From Candidatus Firestoneibacteriota bacterium (GTDB lineage: Bacteria > Oederibacteriota > D2-FULL-39-29 > JBBTED01), in the NCBI GenBank assembly GCA_038042445.1, contig JBBTED010000067.1, positions 1-64,000 on the forward strand: a stretch of DNA of 64,000 nucleotides, written 5' to 3'. Positions 37,769-47,866 of the stretch are shown piece after piece (the stretch's first letter is position 1; each line of letters starts with the position of its first letter). A program made the translations under genes and the position numbers. The notes below the pieces were generated by a model that worked only from the letters and a program-made list of their open reading frames with translations, was not told the DNA's origin and searched no databases.

Positions 37769-38026
37769 ATGATTAGATATGTTAGTTTTCTTATTATTGT
37801 GGGTATTGTTGGCGGTATTATAGCCAGAAGAAAAGGCCGCAATCCTGTAATTTGGTTTACGTTGTGTGCTCTTTTCCCTTTGCTTATTGTTGTTATTGCA
37901 TTTTTTCCGCCTCTGGTATCTAAAGGATATACCAAAAAGTGTTTTTATTGCGCAGAAATAATTAAAGAAGACGCAAGATTTTGCAAACACTGTGGCAAGG
38001 AGCAACCTATAGATATGGTCAGGTGA
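37769..38026 (+). CDS. Membrane protein with zinc ribbon
   Basis: 2 TM, IARRKGR, KKCFYCAEII...FCKHCG. Confidence 0.8.
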   Translation: MIRYVSFLIIVGIVGGIIARRKGRNPVIWFTLCALFPLLIVVIAFFPPLVSKGYTKKCFYCAEIIKEDARFCKHCGKEQPIDMVR

Positions 38027-38149
38027 AAGAATACAGACTATAGTTAAAAAATATGGTTAGGGTGTTTTCTAATAGATAATTCTAAATATAAATAATATCT
38101 AAAAATACGATTTGTGGAAACTTTATTTTTCTTGTGCTGTGAGTATCTT

Positions 38150-38200
38150 GTAGCGGCGAATGTGAATTCGCAAAATTCGCCGGCTTACATCGACCGCTAC
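38150..38200. repeat. GTAGCGG-type REP doublet
   Basis: gtagcgg...ccgctac ends; same ends at 57527-57582. Confidence 0.65.
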
Positions 38201-38235
38201 TATTTTATTCGTGTTAATTCTATCTGGAGCAAAAT

Positions 38236-39648
38236 ATGTGTAAAACAAAAATTATTTGTACCATAGGTCCTGCATCAGAAAAATCTGCTACAATAGAGAA
38301 AATGATAAAATCAGGTATGGATATTGCACGCCTTAATTTTTCACATGGTTCTTATGAACAACACAGGATATATTTCGATAATATACGTAAAATATCAAAT
38401 AAATTGAATAAGAATATAGGGGTCTTACAGGATTTACAAGGACCGAAAATACGTGTTTGCAAATTTGTTTCGGGAATAAAAAGTATAATTTTAAAACAAG
38501 GCGGAAAATTTATTTTAACTACAGAAAATTATCCTGAAAGTATGAATAAGGCAAGTGTGGATTATAAAAATCTACATAAATATCTTATTAAAGGTGATAG
38601 GGTTTTTCTTGATGATGGCAAAATAGAACTGTTAGTAAGGAAAGTTGTTAAAAGAAATATCGAGTGTGAAGTAATTGTTGGCGGTGAGTTATATGAACGT
38701 AAAGGAATTTCGTTGCCTGGTAAGTTCTTGCCACTGCCTGTAATTACTCGACAGGATATAAATGATTTGAATTTTGGTATAAGTCTTGGTGTGAATTATG
38801 TTGCTGTATCTTTTACAAGAAAAGCGGAGAATATTCTCCAAATTAAAAAATTACTTAAAAAAAATAACAATATTTTAATAATTGCTAAAATTGAAGATGC
38901 GGAGGGTATAAGTAATATAAATAGTATAATTGATGTTAGTGATGCTATAATGATTGCTCGTGGAGATATGGGTGTATGCTTAACAAGGGCAGAAGTTCCT
39001 ATAGTACAAAAAGAAATAATTAGAAAATGTCGTCTGGCAGGAAAGCCAGTAATAGTGGCAACACAAATGCTTGATTCGATGATAACAAATTTTCATCCTA
39101 CCCGGGCAGAAGTGAATGATGTTGCTAATAGTGTGTTTGATGGAGCAGATTGTTTAATGCTTTCAGCTGAAACATCTATAGGGAAATATCCAGTAGAAGT
39201 AGTACACGAAATGAGCATCATCATTAACACAGTAGAAAAGTCTGTCGATTATATAAAAGTTTTAACTTCAGAAGAATTTTATCCTTTAGAAAAAGGATTG
39301 ATTCAAGGTGTAGGAATAGCAATTGATAAACTTTCACAGGTTGGTGATGTGAAAGCAATAATTTGCTTAACTGAAACTGGCAATACTGCAAAAATAATTT
39401 CCCGGTATCGTCCGCAATTACCAATAATTGCAATTACAATAAACAGAGCAGTTGCAATGAAACTACTTTTTTATTGGGGATTAAAAGTTTTGGTTGGTAA
39501 AAAAGTGAAAGATGTGGAACAGAATTACAGGATGTTTATAAAGCAAATAAAAAAACAAGGGTTGATTGATAAAGGGGAGCGAGTAATTATAACAAGTGGA
39601 ATAAGAGAGAAACCATTTAATGCAGATATTCATATAGTAGAAGTTTGA
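38236..39648 (+). CDS. pyk: Pyruvate kinase
   Basis: TKIICTIGPAS, RLNFSHG, DLQGPKIR, IARGDMG, ATQMLDSM, PTRAEVND. Confidence 0.97.
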   Translation: MCKTKIICTIGPASEKSATIEKMIKSGMDIARLNFSHGSYEQHRIYFDNIRKISNKLNKNIGVLQDLQGPKIRVCKFVSGIKSIILKQGGKFILTTENYPESMNKASVDYKNLHKYLIKGDRVFLDDGKIELLVRKVVKRNIECEVIVGGELYERKGISLPGKFLPLPVITRQDINDLNFGISLGVNYVAVSFTRKAENILQIKKLLKKNNNILIIAKIEDAEGISNINSIIDVSDAIMIARGDMGVCLTRAEVPIVQKEIIRKCRLAGKPVIVATQMLDSMITNFHPTRAEVNDVANSVFDGADCLMLSAETSIGKYPVEVVHEMSIIINTVEKSVDYIKVLTSEEFYPLEKGLIQGVGIAIDKLSQVGDVKAIICLTETGNTAKIISRYRPQLPIIAITINRAVAMKLLFYWGLKVLVGKKVKDVEQNYRMFIKQIKKQGLIDKGERVIITSGIREKPFNADIHIVEV

Positions 39649-39699
39649 TGGAAAAAGTTGGGGTGTTTCAAAAAAACAAAAGAGAAGGAGGTAATTTAA

Positions 39700-39999
39700 A
39701 TGAAACGAAATGAAAAAGAAGAAGAGTATTTTGTAAAAATTGAATTTGAAAGGAAAAAAAAGATTGAAGTGGAGAAACATAAAAAAATTGCGGATGAAGA
39801 AAAGAAAAGATTAAAGGAATTTCATTATATGAGATGCCCCAAATGTGGGATGAAACTGATAGAGATTGATTATAAAGGTATAAAAATTGATGAATGTTCT
39901 GAATGTGATGGGATTTGGCTTGATACAGGTGAACTCGAAAGTGTGTCAAAACTTAACAAAACAGGATTTGATAAATTGTTTAGTGTTTTTAAGCGATAA
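39700..39999 (+). CDS. zf-TFIIB domain protein
   Basis: MRCPKCGMKL...IDECSECDGIWLDTGEL; AAGGAGG RBS. Confidence 0.85.
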   Translation: MKRNEKEEEYFVKIEFERKKKIEVEKHKKIADEEKKRLKEFHYMRCPKCGMKLIEIDYKGIKIDECSECDGIWLDTGELESVSKLNKTGFDKLFSVFKR

Positions 40000-40222
40000 A
40001 TATATATATTTAAAAAAATGATTATAAAGCTAAATTCAAAACACATCCTTTGTCATTTTTTGAATTAATGTCCATAATTGCATTGTCATCTGTGATATTT
40101 TTTGCAATAGAGATAGAAAAACTTATTCGAAGAAAATGGTTAAAAACATTTTAGTTGCAATTACTAAATAAAGATATTATATTTAGTAGAAATAAAAATG
40201 TATTTTTTTAAGGAGGATAAAA

Positions 40223-40840
40223 ATGGATTTAAAAACAAAAATGAAATCTCCTTTTGTATTGCTTAGAATGCTTTATGACTGGACTATTTTGTGGTCTCAA
40301 AGTAAAAAAGCGCCTTTTGCTCTTTTTGGTATAGCGTTTAGCGAAAGTTCATTCTTCCCTATACCTCCGGATGTGTTGCTTATTCCTATGGTTGTAGGGC
40401 AGAGAAATAAGTGGTTTAAGTATGCGTTAATATGTACCATTGGTTCTGTGTTGGGAGGATTATTCGGGTATTTAATAGGATGGGGATTATATGAGACTGT
40501 TGGTAAAGCAATTGTTAATTTTTATAATATGCAAGAAGTAGTAAAAATAGTTGGAACAAAATATGCTGAAAACGCTTTTATTACTGTTTTTACTGCTGCT
40601 TTTACTCCGATACCATATAAGGCAATTACAATTACCGCAGGGGTATTCTTTATTTCACTAAAGACTTTGATTGTAGCATCTATTATTGGGCGGGGAGCAA
40701 GATTTTTTCTTGTTGCTGGTATTCTTAAAATTTATGGTAAGAAACTACAGGACTCAATTGAGAAATACTTTAATATATTTTCTACGATTTTTATTGTATT
40801 GTTAATAGGTGGTATAATTATTTTAAAATATTTTTTTTAA
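40223..40840 (+). CDS. YqaA/DedA (VTT domain) membrane protein
   Basis: FSESSFFPIPPDVLL, FTPIPYK, GRGARF. Confidence 0.9.
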   Translation: MDLKTKMKSPFVLLRMLYDWTILWSQSKKAPFALFGIAFSESSFFPIPPDVLLIPMVVGQRNKWFKYALICTIGSVLGGLFGYLIGWGLYETVGKAIVNFYNMQEVVKIVGTKYAENAFITVFTAAFTPIPYKAITITAGVFFISLKTLIVASIIGRGARFFLVAGILKIYGKKLQDSIEKYFNIFSTIFIVLLIGGIIILKYFF

Positions 40841-40889
40841 AACAGGATGAAGTTTTCCCTATTTCTCTCTTGATAAAGGGGTTTAAGGG

Positions 40890-42473
40890 GTGTATGAAAT
40901 TTCTATGAATATTTTAAGTTTATGTTTTGCATTTACTATAGCATTGATATGGCCTATATTTAGGTTTTATGGTGTTTTGCATAATCCTGTTATTATTTCT
41001 TTGCTTTCAGGTTGTTCTATAATGGGTGCTGGATTTTTACTGTCTTGGGCTTCTGAAGCTGCTGAAAAAGATATTCCGAAATCTCTTGCATTAAGCTTAC
41101 TTGCGCTTATTGCTGTATTACCTGAATACGCTATTGATATATATTTTGCCTGGATGGGTGGAAAAGATCCTACATATATTTCTTATGCAGCAGCTAATAT
41201 GACTGGTGGAAATAGACTATTAATAGGGCTTGGCTGGTCACTTGTAGTATTTTTGCACTATTTTAAGTCAAAGAAAACTGAGATTGTGGTGGAAAAATCA
41301 CATCATATAGAAATATCCTGTCTTGCTGTTGCAACTTTATATTCATTTATAATACCAATTAAAGGCACGTTGTCTATAGTAGATTCTATATTTCTTATTA
41401 GTCTTTTTTTGTGGTATCTTATAAATATAGCTAAATCAGAAGTTGAAGAACCTCATCTTGTAGGACCTGCCAAAACAATAGCAGATTTAAAAAAACCTAT
41501 TCGTATAAGTATAGTAACATTTTTATTTCTTTATTCAGGCCTATGTATTTATCTTGCTGCAGAACCATTTGCCGAAAGTTTGCTTGAAATGGGCAGGCAT
41601 TACAAAATAGAAGAATTTTTGTTAGTTCAGTGGTTAGCACCATTAGCGTCTGAAGCTCCGGAAATAATAGTAGTTTGTATTTTTGTTCTCAAAAGTAAAC
41701 CTACATCTGCATTAGGGGCTCTTATTTCATCTAAAATAAATCAATGGACTTTATTGGTTGGAATGTTGCCTTTGGCATTTATGATTTCAGCAGGCAAATT
41801 TATGCCTATGCATCTTGATGCGCGTCAAACTGAAGAAATTTTGCTAACTTCAGCACAGTCATTATTTGCTATTTCTATTCTGTTGAATTCAAAATTTTCT
41901 ATAAAAGAAGCGCTTACACTTTTTATTTTGTTTGCTACGCAAATATTTTTTACATCAGAAACAGCGAGATATGTTTATGTTGTTTTATATCTGATTTTAA
42001 CTGTAGTAATGTTGTTTAAATATAGGTCGCATTTGAAAGTTCTAATCAAAGTGTTCATTCCAGTAATATTGATTTTTCTTGTAGGTTGTGGTTCAAATAT
42101 TCAAGTCATTCGTCAGGATGGGATTAATGAATCTGAAGCTCAGATAGTTTCAATAATAGGGACAGGCAAAATTTTATCTGTTAGCGATAAAGAAGTATGG
42201 GTGAATGTAGATAGCAATTCTGATGTTAAAGAAAACGAAATATTACTGGTTTATCGTAAAGTTTCTGATTATAAAGTGTTAACTGCTATTTCTGCAGTAA
42301 AAACAGGAAAAGTAAAATTAATTAAAAAAATTACTAATACAATTTATACAGCGGAAATAATTGAACAAATGTATAGTATTGTGCCCGGAGATTTTGCACT
42401 AAGTGAGACAATAATGCGCGAAGAAGAAAAAAAGACTCCTCCATTTGAGACATTGCCAACACATATCCATTAA
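40890..42473 (+). CDS. Sodium/calcium exchanger (CaCA) family protein with fused C-terminal lipoprotein-like domain
   Basis: alpha-repeats AVLPEY/ANMTGGN and PLASEAPE/SSKINQ, then LVGC and a soluble ~125-aa domain; start 40890 or 40905. Confidence 0.85.
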   Translation: MYEISMNILSLCFAFTIALIWPIFRFYGVLHNPVIISLLSGCSIMGAGFLLSWASEAAEKDIPKSLALSLLALIAVLPEYAIDIYFAWMGGKDPTYISYAAANMTGGNRLLIGLGWSLVVFLHYFKSKKTEIVVEKSHHIEISCLAVATLYSFIIPIKGTLSIVDSIFLISLFLWYLINIAKSEVEEPHLVGPAKTIADLKKPIRISIVTFLFLYSGLCIYLAAEPFAESLLEMGRHYKIEEFLLVQWLAPLASEAPEIIVVCIFVLKSKPTSALGALISSKINQWTLLVGMLPLAFMISAGKFMPMHLDARQTEEILLTSAQSLFAISILLNSKFSIKEALTLFILFATQIFFTSETARYVYVVLYLILTVVMLFKYRSHLKVLIKVFIPVILIFLVGCGSNIQVIRQDGINESEAQIVSIIGTGKILSVSDKEVWVNVDSNSDVKENEILLVYRKVSDYKVLTAISAVKTGKVKLIKKITNTIYTAEIIEQMYSIVPGDFALSETIMREEEKKTPPFETLPTHIH

Positions 42474-42474
42474 G

Positions 42475-44640
42475 ATGTCTAAACTGACTATAAATATTTC
42501 AGGAATGTCCTGTGCATCTTGTGTTTCCAATATTGAAAATACAGTTAAAAAACTTAACGGTATTTTAACGATAAATGTAAGTCTTGCTCTTAAAAAGGGA
42601 CAAATAGAATATAATCCTGATGAAGTTTCAGACAATAAAATAAAACAAACCATAAAAGATTTAGGATATGAAGTTTTTATTTCTGAAGCTGTTGCAGATT
42701 TAAAATCCAAAAAAGAGATAGAAGGTAACTATTATAAACTTATTAGTTGTGCAATTTTATCTGCGATTATTTTCATATTTGGTTTTCTGGAAAAAATTCC
42801 GTATGTTATTTCGTTTGTTTTGGTTTTGCCAGTGCAATTTTGGGGGGGATGGCAATTCTATAAGGGTTTCTGGAAAAATCTAAAGAATTTTCAATTTGAT
42901 ATGAATACTTTGATATCTATTGGAACTTCTTCAGCTTTTATATACAGTGTTGTTGCTACTTTCTTTCCACAGTTTATTTCAGAAGCAGGATTAAAAACAG
43001 GTATATACTATGATACTTCTGCTGTGATAATTACACTTGTTTTGTTTGGCAGGTTTCTGGATGCAAAAGCAAAAAATAGGGCATCATTAGCTTTAGAAAA
43101 ATTGATTAAATTGCATCCTAAATTTGTCCATATAATTAGAGATAGCAAAGAATCGGATATTTTGCTAAATGAATTAAAACATAATGATATAGTGGTTGTA
43201 AAGTCCGGTGAAAGAATACCTGCTGATGGAATAGTTATAGATGGATTTTCTACAGTTGATGAATCTATGCTTACTGGTGAAAGTTTGCCGGTTGAAAAGA
43301 AAGCTAATGATAAAATTACAGCAGGAACTATAAATTACACAGGAACATTTAAATTTAATGTTTTGAAAACAGGCGGTGAAACTGTACTTGCACAGATGGT
43401 TAAAATGGTGGAAGAGGCATTACTTAGTAAAGCTCCAATTCAAAATTTTGCTGATAAAGTGGCAGGAATTTTTGTTCCATCTGTGATTATAATCGCTATA
43501 CTTACTTTTGTTGTATGGATGATATTTGGGAAAGTATTTAATTTGGCTCTTTTAAATTTTGTGTCAGTATTGATAATTGCTTGTCCTTGTGCGTTAGGAT
43601 TGGCAACTCCGATGGCAATTATTGTGGGAGTTGGAAAAGCATCAGAAATGGGTATTCTTTTTAAAAGTGCAGGAAGTATTGAGATGTTGCATAAAACCAA
43701 AGTGCTTATTTTTGATAAAACAGGCACATTGACTTTTGGTAAGCCAGAAATTAAAAATATAATTCCATTTAAAGGTTATTTGGAACATCAAATTTTAGAA
43801 GTTGCAGGTTCAGTTTCGCAAAAATCTGAACATCCATATAGTAAAGCTATTTTGAGTCGTGTGCGTGAGGGAAAAATCAAACTTTTTGAACCTATAGGAT
43901 TTGAAGAATTTCCAGGTAATGGTATAAATGCTAAACTTGGAGAAAAAAATGTATTGCTTGGCAGTTTGAATTTTATGAAAGAAAAGAAAATAGATTTGTC
44001 TGATATGAATAATATTTCTGAAATAGGATTTGGAAGTTTAACTTATGTTGTAGTTGATAATATGTTAGTTGGTATATTAGTTATGGCAGATGAAGTCAGG
44101 CCAGATGCAAAAATGGCCATTGAATCCTTAAAAAATATTGGAGTTGATACTGTTTTATTGACAGGTGATAATAAAACAACTGCTGATAAAGTAGCTAAAG
44201 AGCTTGGAATAAATAAAGTTTTTGCAGAGGTTTTGCCACAGGATAAAGCTTTTTATGTCCAACAATTTCAGAGTGATGGCAAGATAGTTGCAATGGTTGG
44301 TGATGGAATTAATGATGCATTGGCTTTAGCTAATGCGAATGTAGGGATTGCAGTTGCGACCGGTTCAGATATAGCAATTGAAGCAGCTGATGTTACATTG
44401 ATGAAAAATGATTTGCTATTGCTTGCTACCACAATAAATTTAAGCAAAAAAATGATGCGTATAATTAAACAAAATTTATTCTGGGCATTTGCCTATAATG
44501 TTTTAGGAATACCTATTGCTGCAGGGATTCTTTATCCTTTTTTAGGTGAAAAAGGATTTTTGAATCCAATGTTTGCGTCTTTTGCAATGGCTATGAGTTC
44601 TTTATCAGTTATACTAAATTCTTTGCGATTAAAACGTTAG
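42475..44640 (+). CDS. copA: Cu(+)-type P1B ATPase
   Basis: GMSCASC metal-binding domain, TGES, CPC, DKTGT, HP, GDGIND, YN and MAMSS motifs. Confidence 0.92.
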   Translation: MSKLTINISGMSCASCVSNIENTVKKLNGILTINVSLALKKGQIEYNPDEVSDNKIKQTIKDLGYEVFISEAVADLKSKKEIEGNYYKLISCAILSAIIFIFGFLEKIPYVISFVLVLPVQFWGGWQFYKGFWKNLKNFQFDMNTLISIGTSSAFIYSVVATFFPQFISEAGLKTGIYYDTSAVIITLVLFGRFLDAKAKNRASLALEKLIKLHPKFVHIIRDSKESDILLNELKHNDIVVVKSGERIPADGIVIDGFSTVDESMLTGESLPVEKKANDKITAGTINYTGTFKFNVLKTGGETVLAQMVKMVEEALLSKAPIQNFADKVAGIFVPSVIIIAILTFVVWMIFGKVFNLALLNFVSVLIIACPCALGLATPMAIIVGVGKASEMGILFKSAGSIEMLHKTKVLIFDKTGTLTFGKPEIKNIIPFKGYLEHQILEVAGSVSQKSEHPYSKAILSRVREGKIKLFEPIGFEEFPGNGINAKLGEKNVLLGSLNFMKEKKIDLSDMNNISEIGFGSLTYVVVDNMLVGILVMADEVRPDAKMAIESLKNIGVDTVLLTGDNKTTADKVAKELGINKVFAEVLPQDKAFYVQQFQSDGKIVAMVGDGINDALALANANVGIAVATGSDIAIEAADVTLMKNDLLLLATTINLSKKMMRIIKQNLFWAFAYNVLGIPIAAGILYPFLGEKGFLNPMFASFAMAMSSLSVILNSLRLKR

Positions 44641-44647
44641 AAAATAT

Positions 44648-44769
44648 GCAGGACAGGAATGTTCTGCCTATCGTAGAAAATAGGTCAGGCATCTTGCCTG
44701 ACAACAGATGATGTGTGGCGAAAAGTAGTTTTACTCCTCTCCTCTTGTGGGAGAGGGTAGGGTGAGGGG
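44648..44769. repeat. REP cluster: AGGTCAGGCATCTTGCCTGAC unit and CCTCTCC...GGGAGAGGG...GGTGAGGGG unit
   Basis: 44681-44702 and 44734-44769; the second unit recurs at 46846-46879. Confidence 0.8.
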
Positions 44770-44777
44770 ATGATATT

Positions 44778-45092
44778 ATGACATACGTTGTAATTTTTAT
44801 AACTGTAGCAAATGAAAAAGAGGGAAATACAATTACAAAAGCGCTTATTTTAAATAAATTGGCTGCTTGTGTAAATATTGTGCCACAAATAAAATCAATT
44901 TATTGGTGGAAGGGAAAAGTGGAAACCTCAAATGAGAAATTGCTAATTATAAAGACGAGAAAATCATTGGTTGTAAAACTAATAAAGGCAGTTAAAAAAC
45001 TACACAGTTATACTGTTCCTGAAATAATAGCGATTCCTATAGTTGCTGGAAATAAAGATTATCTTAAATGGATAAACGATTCTACAAAATGA
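44778..45092 (+). CDS. cutA: Divalent-cation tolerance protein CutA
   Basis: KLAACVNI, SIYWWKG, HSYTVPEII. Confidence 0.95.
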   Translation: MTYVVIFITVANEKEGNTITKALILNKLAACVNIVPQIKSIYWWKGKVETSNEKLLIIKTRKSLVVKLIKAVKKLHSYTVPEIIAIPIVAGNKDYLKWINDSTK

Positions 45093-46822
45093 CGAATTTT
45101 GAACTTGCAAATATATTTGGTGAATTGGTAGAACTTCTTGAGGTAAAATCTGAAAATCCTTTTAAAATCCGCGCTTATTATAAAGCTGTTCAAGTAATTG
45201 AAAATTATCCAATTGAATTAGAAAACATATATACCAAAGATGGTATTGCTGGTCTGGAAGAAATTTCAGGAATAGGTAAAGGTATAGCTCAAAAAATAGA
45301 AGAACTTATAAAAACAGGCAAATTAGTGCAATTGGATGAACTTAAAAAATCTATGCCTTCAGGTATTTTGGAAATTCTTAAAATTCAGGGAATGGGGCCT
45401 AAAAAAACTAAACTTGTATACGACAAATTAAAAGTTAGTGATATACAAGAGCTTGAAAAAGTTGCTAAAGAAGGTAAGTTAAGAAATTTGCCTGGAATGG
45501 GAGAAAAAACTGAACAGAATATTCTTAAAGGTATAGAATTTAGGAAAAAAGCAAAAGAAAGGATGCCATTAAGTAAGGCATTGCCTATTGCAAATTTGAT
45601 TATAAATGACTTAAAAAAACTTAAAGAAATAGACAAAATTGGTGTTGCAGGAAGTGTCCGTCGTGGAAGAGAAACAATAAAAGATATAGATATATTGGTA
45701 ACTTCAAAATTTTCTGAAAAAGTGATGAAGGCTTTTACAAATTTGACTTATGTGGAGCAAGTTTTGACATTTGGAAATACAAAATCTTCAGTTGTGACGA
45801 AGGAAGGAATTCAGGTTGATTTAAGAGTAGTAGAAAATGAGTCGTATGGTGCATCTCTTTGTTATTTTACCGGTTCAAAAGAACATAACATAAAATTAAG
45901 AGAACTTGCAATAAAGGCAGGGCTAAAAATAAATGAGTATGGTGTTTTTAAAATTAATATAGATAAAAAAATCGTGGGCAAAACAGAAGAAGAAATTTAT
46001 GATATACTTAAGCTAAAATATATACCACCTGAATTAAGAGAGGATAGAGGAGAAATTGAAGCTGCAAGAAATGGTGAATTACCTGTTCTTGTACGAGAAA
46101 AAGATATAAAAGGAGATTTGCAAGTACATAGTGAGTGGAGTGATGGCGCAGATAAAATTGAAGAAATAGTAGAGGTGGCAAAAAAAAGAGGTTACGAGTA
46201 TATTGCAATAACTGATCACTCCAAATCATTGAGAATAGCAAATGGGTTGACTGCAGAAAGGTTGAAAGAACAGATAAAAATAATCAAACGATTAAATGAA
46301 AAATTGGCTCCATTTAAAATACTTACAGGTACAGAAGTTGATATAAAACCAGATGGAACTCTTGATTTTGATGAAAAAATGTTAAAAGAGTTAGATGTAG
46401 TAGTTGCTTCTGTACATACAAAATTTACGCAGGATAAGGATGAAATGACTAAAAGGATAATAAAAGCCATACAAAATAAATATGTGAACATAATAGGTCA
46501 TTTAAGTGGTAGAATAATTGGGCAAAGACCTTCTTATCTTATGGATTTTGAAAAAATATTAAATGAGGCAAAAAATACCGGAACTTTTCTTGAGATAAAT
46601 TCGCATCCTGACAGACTTGATATTACTGATATTCAGGCGCATTTGGCAAAAGATAATGGTATGTTAATACCTATTAATACTGATGCACATCATAAGCTTT
46701 CTCTCGCCGATATTTCTTTTGGCATTATAACAGCCAGACGTGGTTGGTTAGAGAAAAAAGATGTTTTGAATGCTTTGCCATATAAAGAATTAATAACGAA
46801 ATTACATCAAAAACGAGAATGA
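45089..46822 (+). CDS. polX: DNA polymerase/3'-5' exonuclease PolX
   Basis: ENPFKIRAY, GSVRR..ETIKDIDIL, YFTGSKEHN; PHP domain with ITDHS and NTDAH. Confidence 0.95.
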   Translation: MTNFELANIFGELVELLEVKSENPFKIRAYYKAVQVIENYPIELENIYTKDGIAGLEEISGIGKGIAQKIEELIKTGKLVQLDELKKSMPSGILEILKIQGMGPKKTKLVYDKLKVSDIQELEKVAKEGKLRNLPGMGEKTEQNILKGIEFRKKAKERMPLSKALPIANLIINDLKKLKEIDKIGVAGSVRRGRETIKDIDILVTSKFSEKVMKAFTNLTYVEQVLTFGNTKSSVVTKEGIQVDLRVVENESYGASLCYFTGSKEHNIKLRELAIKAGLKINEYGVFKINIDKKIVGKTEEEIYDILKLKYIPPELREDRGEIEAARNGELPVLVREKDIKGDLQVHSEWSDGADKIEEIVEVAKKRGYEYIAITDHSKSLRIANGLTAERLKEQIKIIKRLNEKLAPFKILTGTEVDIKPDGTLDFDEKMLKELDVVVASVHTKFTQDKDEMTKRIIKAIQNKYVNIIGHLSGRIIGQRPSYLMDFEKILNEAKNTGTFLEINSHPDRLDITDIQAHLAKDNGMLIPINTDAHHKLSLADISFGIITARRGWLEKKDVLNALPYKELITKLHQKRE

Positions 46823-46845
46823 AGTCATACTTTGCTTTATGGTTT

Positions 46846-46879
46846 CCCTCTCCCCTTGTGGGAGAGGGTAGGTGAGGGG
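46846..46879. repeat. CCCTCTCCC...GGGAGAGGG palindromic repeat
   Basis: Matches 44734-44769. Confidence 0.8.
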
Positions 46880-46897
46880 ATAATTCTTTAAAAATAA

Positions 46898-47773
46898 ATG
46901 AAATCTGCAATAATTTATAGAATAATAATATACGGTTTTATACTTTTTGTGCTTGTTGTGTGGAGATTTTCCTATATTTTAACACATACAACACGAATGA
47001 AAGGAGATTTTACTCCAGCAGGTTTTAATTTAACTTATGAAAATGTTAAATTTAAAACTTCAGATGGTTTGGAACTTGCAGGCTGGTTTATTCCTGTAAA
47101 TAAACCTAAAGGATTGATTATACTTTGTCATGGCATAGGTGCAGATAAAAGTGATTTAGTTAGAATGGCGCCTTTTTTGTATCATGGTGGATACAGTGTT
47201 TTTATTTTTGATTTTAGATCGCATGGAGATAGTAGTGGAAAATATACTTCAATGGGATATTATGAAAGACAGGATTTGAATAGTGCAATAGATTATTTGA
47301 AATTACGAAAAGATTGTTCTAATTTAAATATAGGTGTTTATGGTTTTTCAATGGGTGCAAGTATTGCTTATATTGTTTCTTCAGAAAACAAAGAAATTAA
47401 AGCAGTTATTGGAGATAGTGGTTTTGTAAGCGCAAAAGATATAATAACCAGATATGCTAATAAATTTTTCCATATTCCTAAATATCCGTTAGTTCCTATT
47501 GTTATATGGGTTGGAGAAAAATGGATTAAATGCAAATATAGTGATATTGATGCGATAAAATACATTGAAAAAATCAGTCCAAGGCCTGTGTTAATTATTC
47601 ATGGAGAAAAAGATGAAAATATTCCTGTAGATGATGCAAGAAAATTATTTGAGAAAGCACGTGAACCAAAAGAATTATGGATTATTCCAAATGCAGGACA
47701 TACTGAAACATATTCAACAATGCAAAGCGTTTATGAACAAAAAATTATAGATTTTTTTAACAAGAATCTATAA
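46898..47773 (+). CDS. Alpha/beta hydrolase with N-terminal anchor
   Basis: GFSMG nucleophile elbow, HGEKD, AGH. Confidence 0.9.
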   Translation: MKSAIIYRIIIYGFILFVLVVWRFSYILTHTTRMKGDFTPAGFNLTYENVKFKTSDGLELAGWFIPVNKPKGLIILCHGIGADKSDLVRMAPFLYHGGYSVFIFDFRSHGDSSGKYTSMGYYERQDLNSAIDYLKLRKDCSNLNIGVYGFSMGASIAYIVSSENKEIKAVIGDSGFVSAKDIITRYANKFFHIPKYPLVPIVIWVGEKWIKCKYSDIDAIKYIEKISPRPVLIIHGEKDENIPVDDARKLFEKAREPKELWIIPNAGHTETYSTMQSVYEQKIIDFFNKNL

Positions 47774-47777
47774 AAAT

Positions 47778-47858
47778 GTTATTCCCTCATGTAAGCAATA
47801 GGTTAGGCATTTTGCCTGACAAATCGGGAAGCAATAGGTCAGACATCTTGTCTGACCT
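47778..47858. repeat. Composite REP with two AGGT(C/T)AG.CAT.TTG.CTGAC units
   Basis: gttattccctcatgt..aataggttaggcattttgcctgac..atcgggaa..aataggtcagacatcttgtctgac. Confidence 0.7.
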
Positions 47859-47866
47859 GTAAAAAT

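Noticed and set aside
42475..45092. copA-cutA adjacency as a copper operon
   Set aside because: They are separated by a REP cluster and cutA is coupled to polX; no regulator or operator seen.
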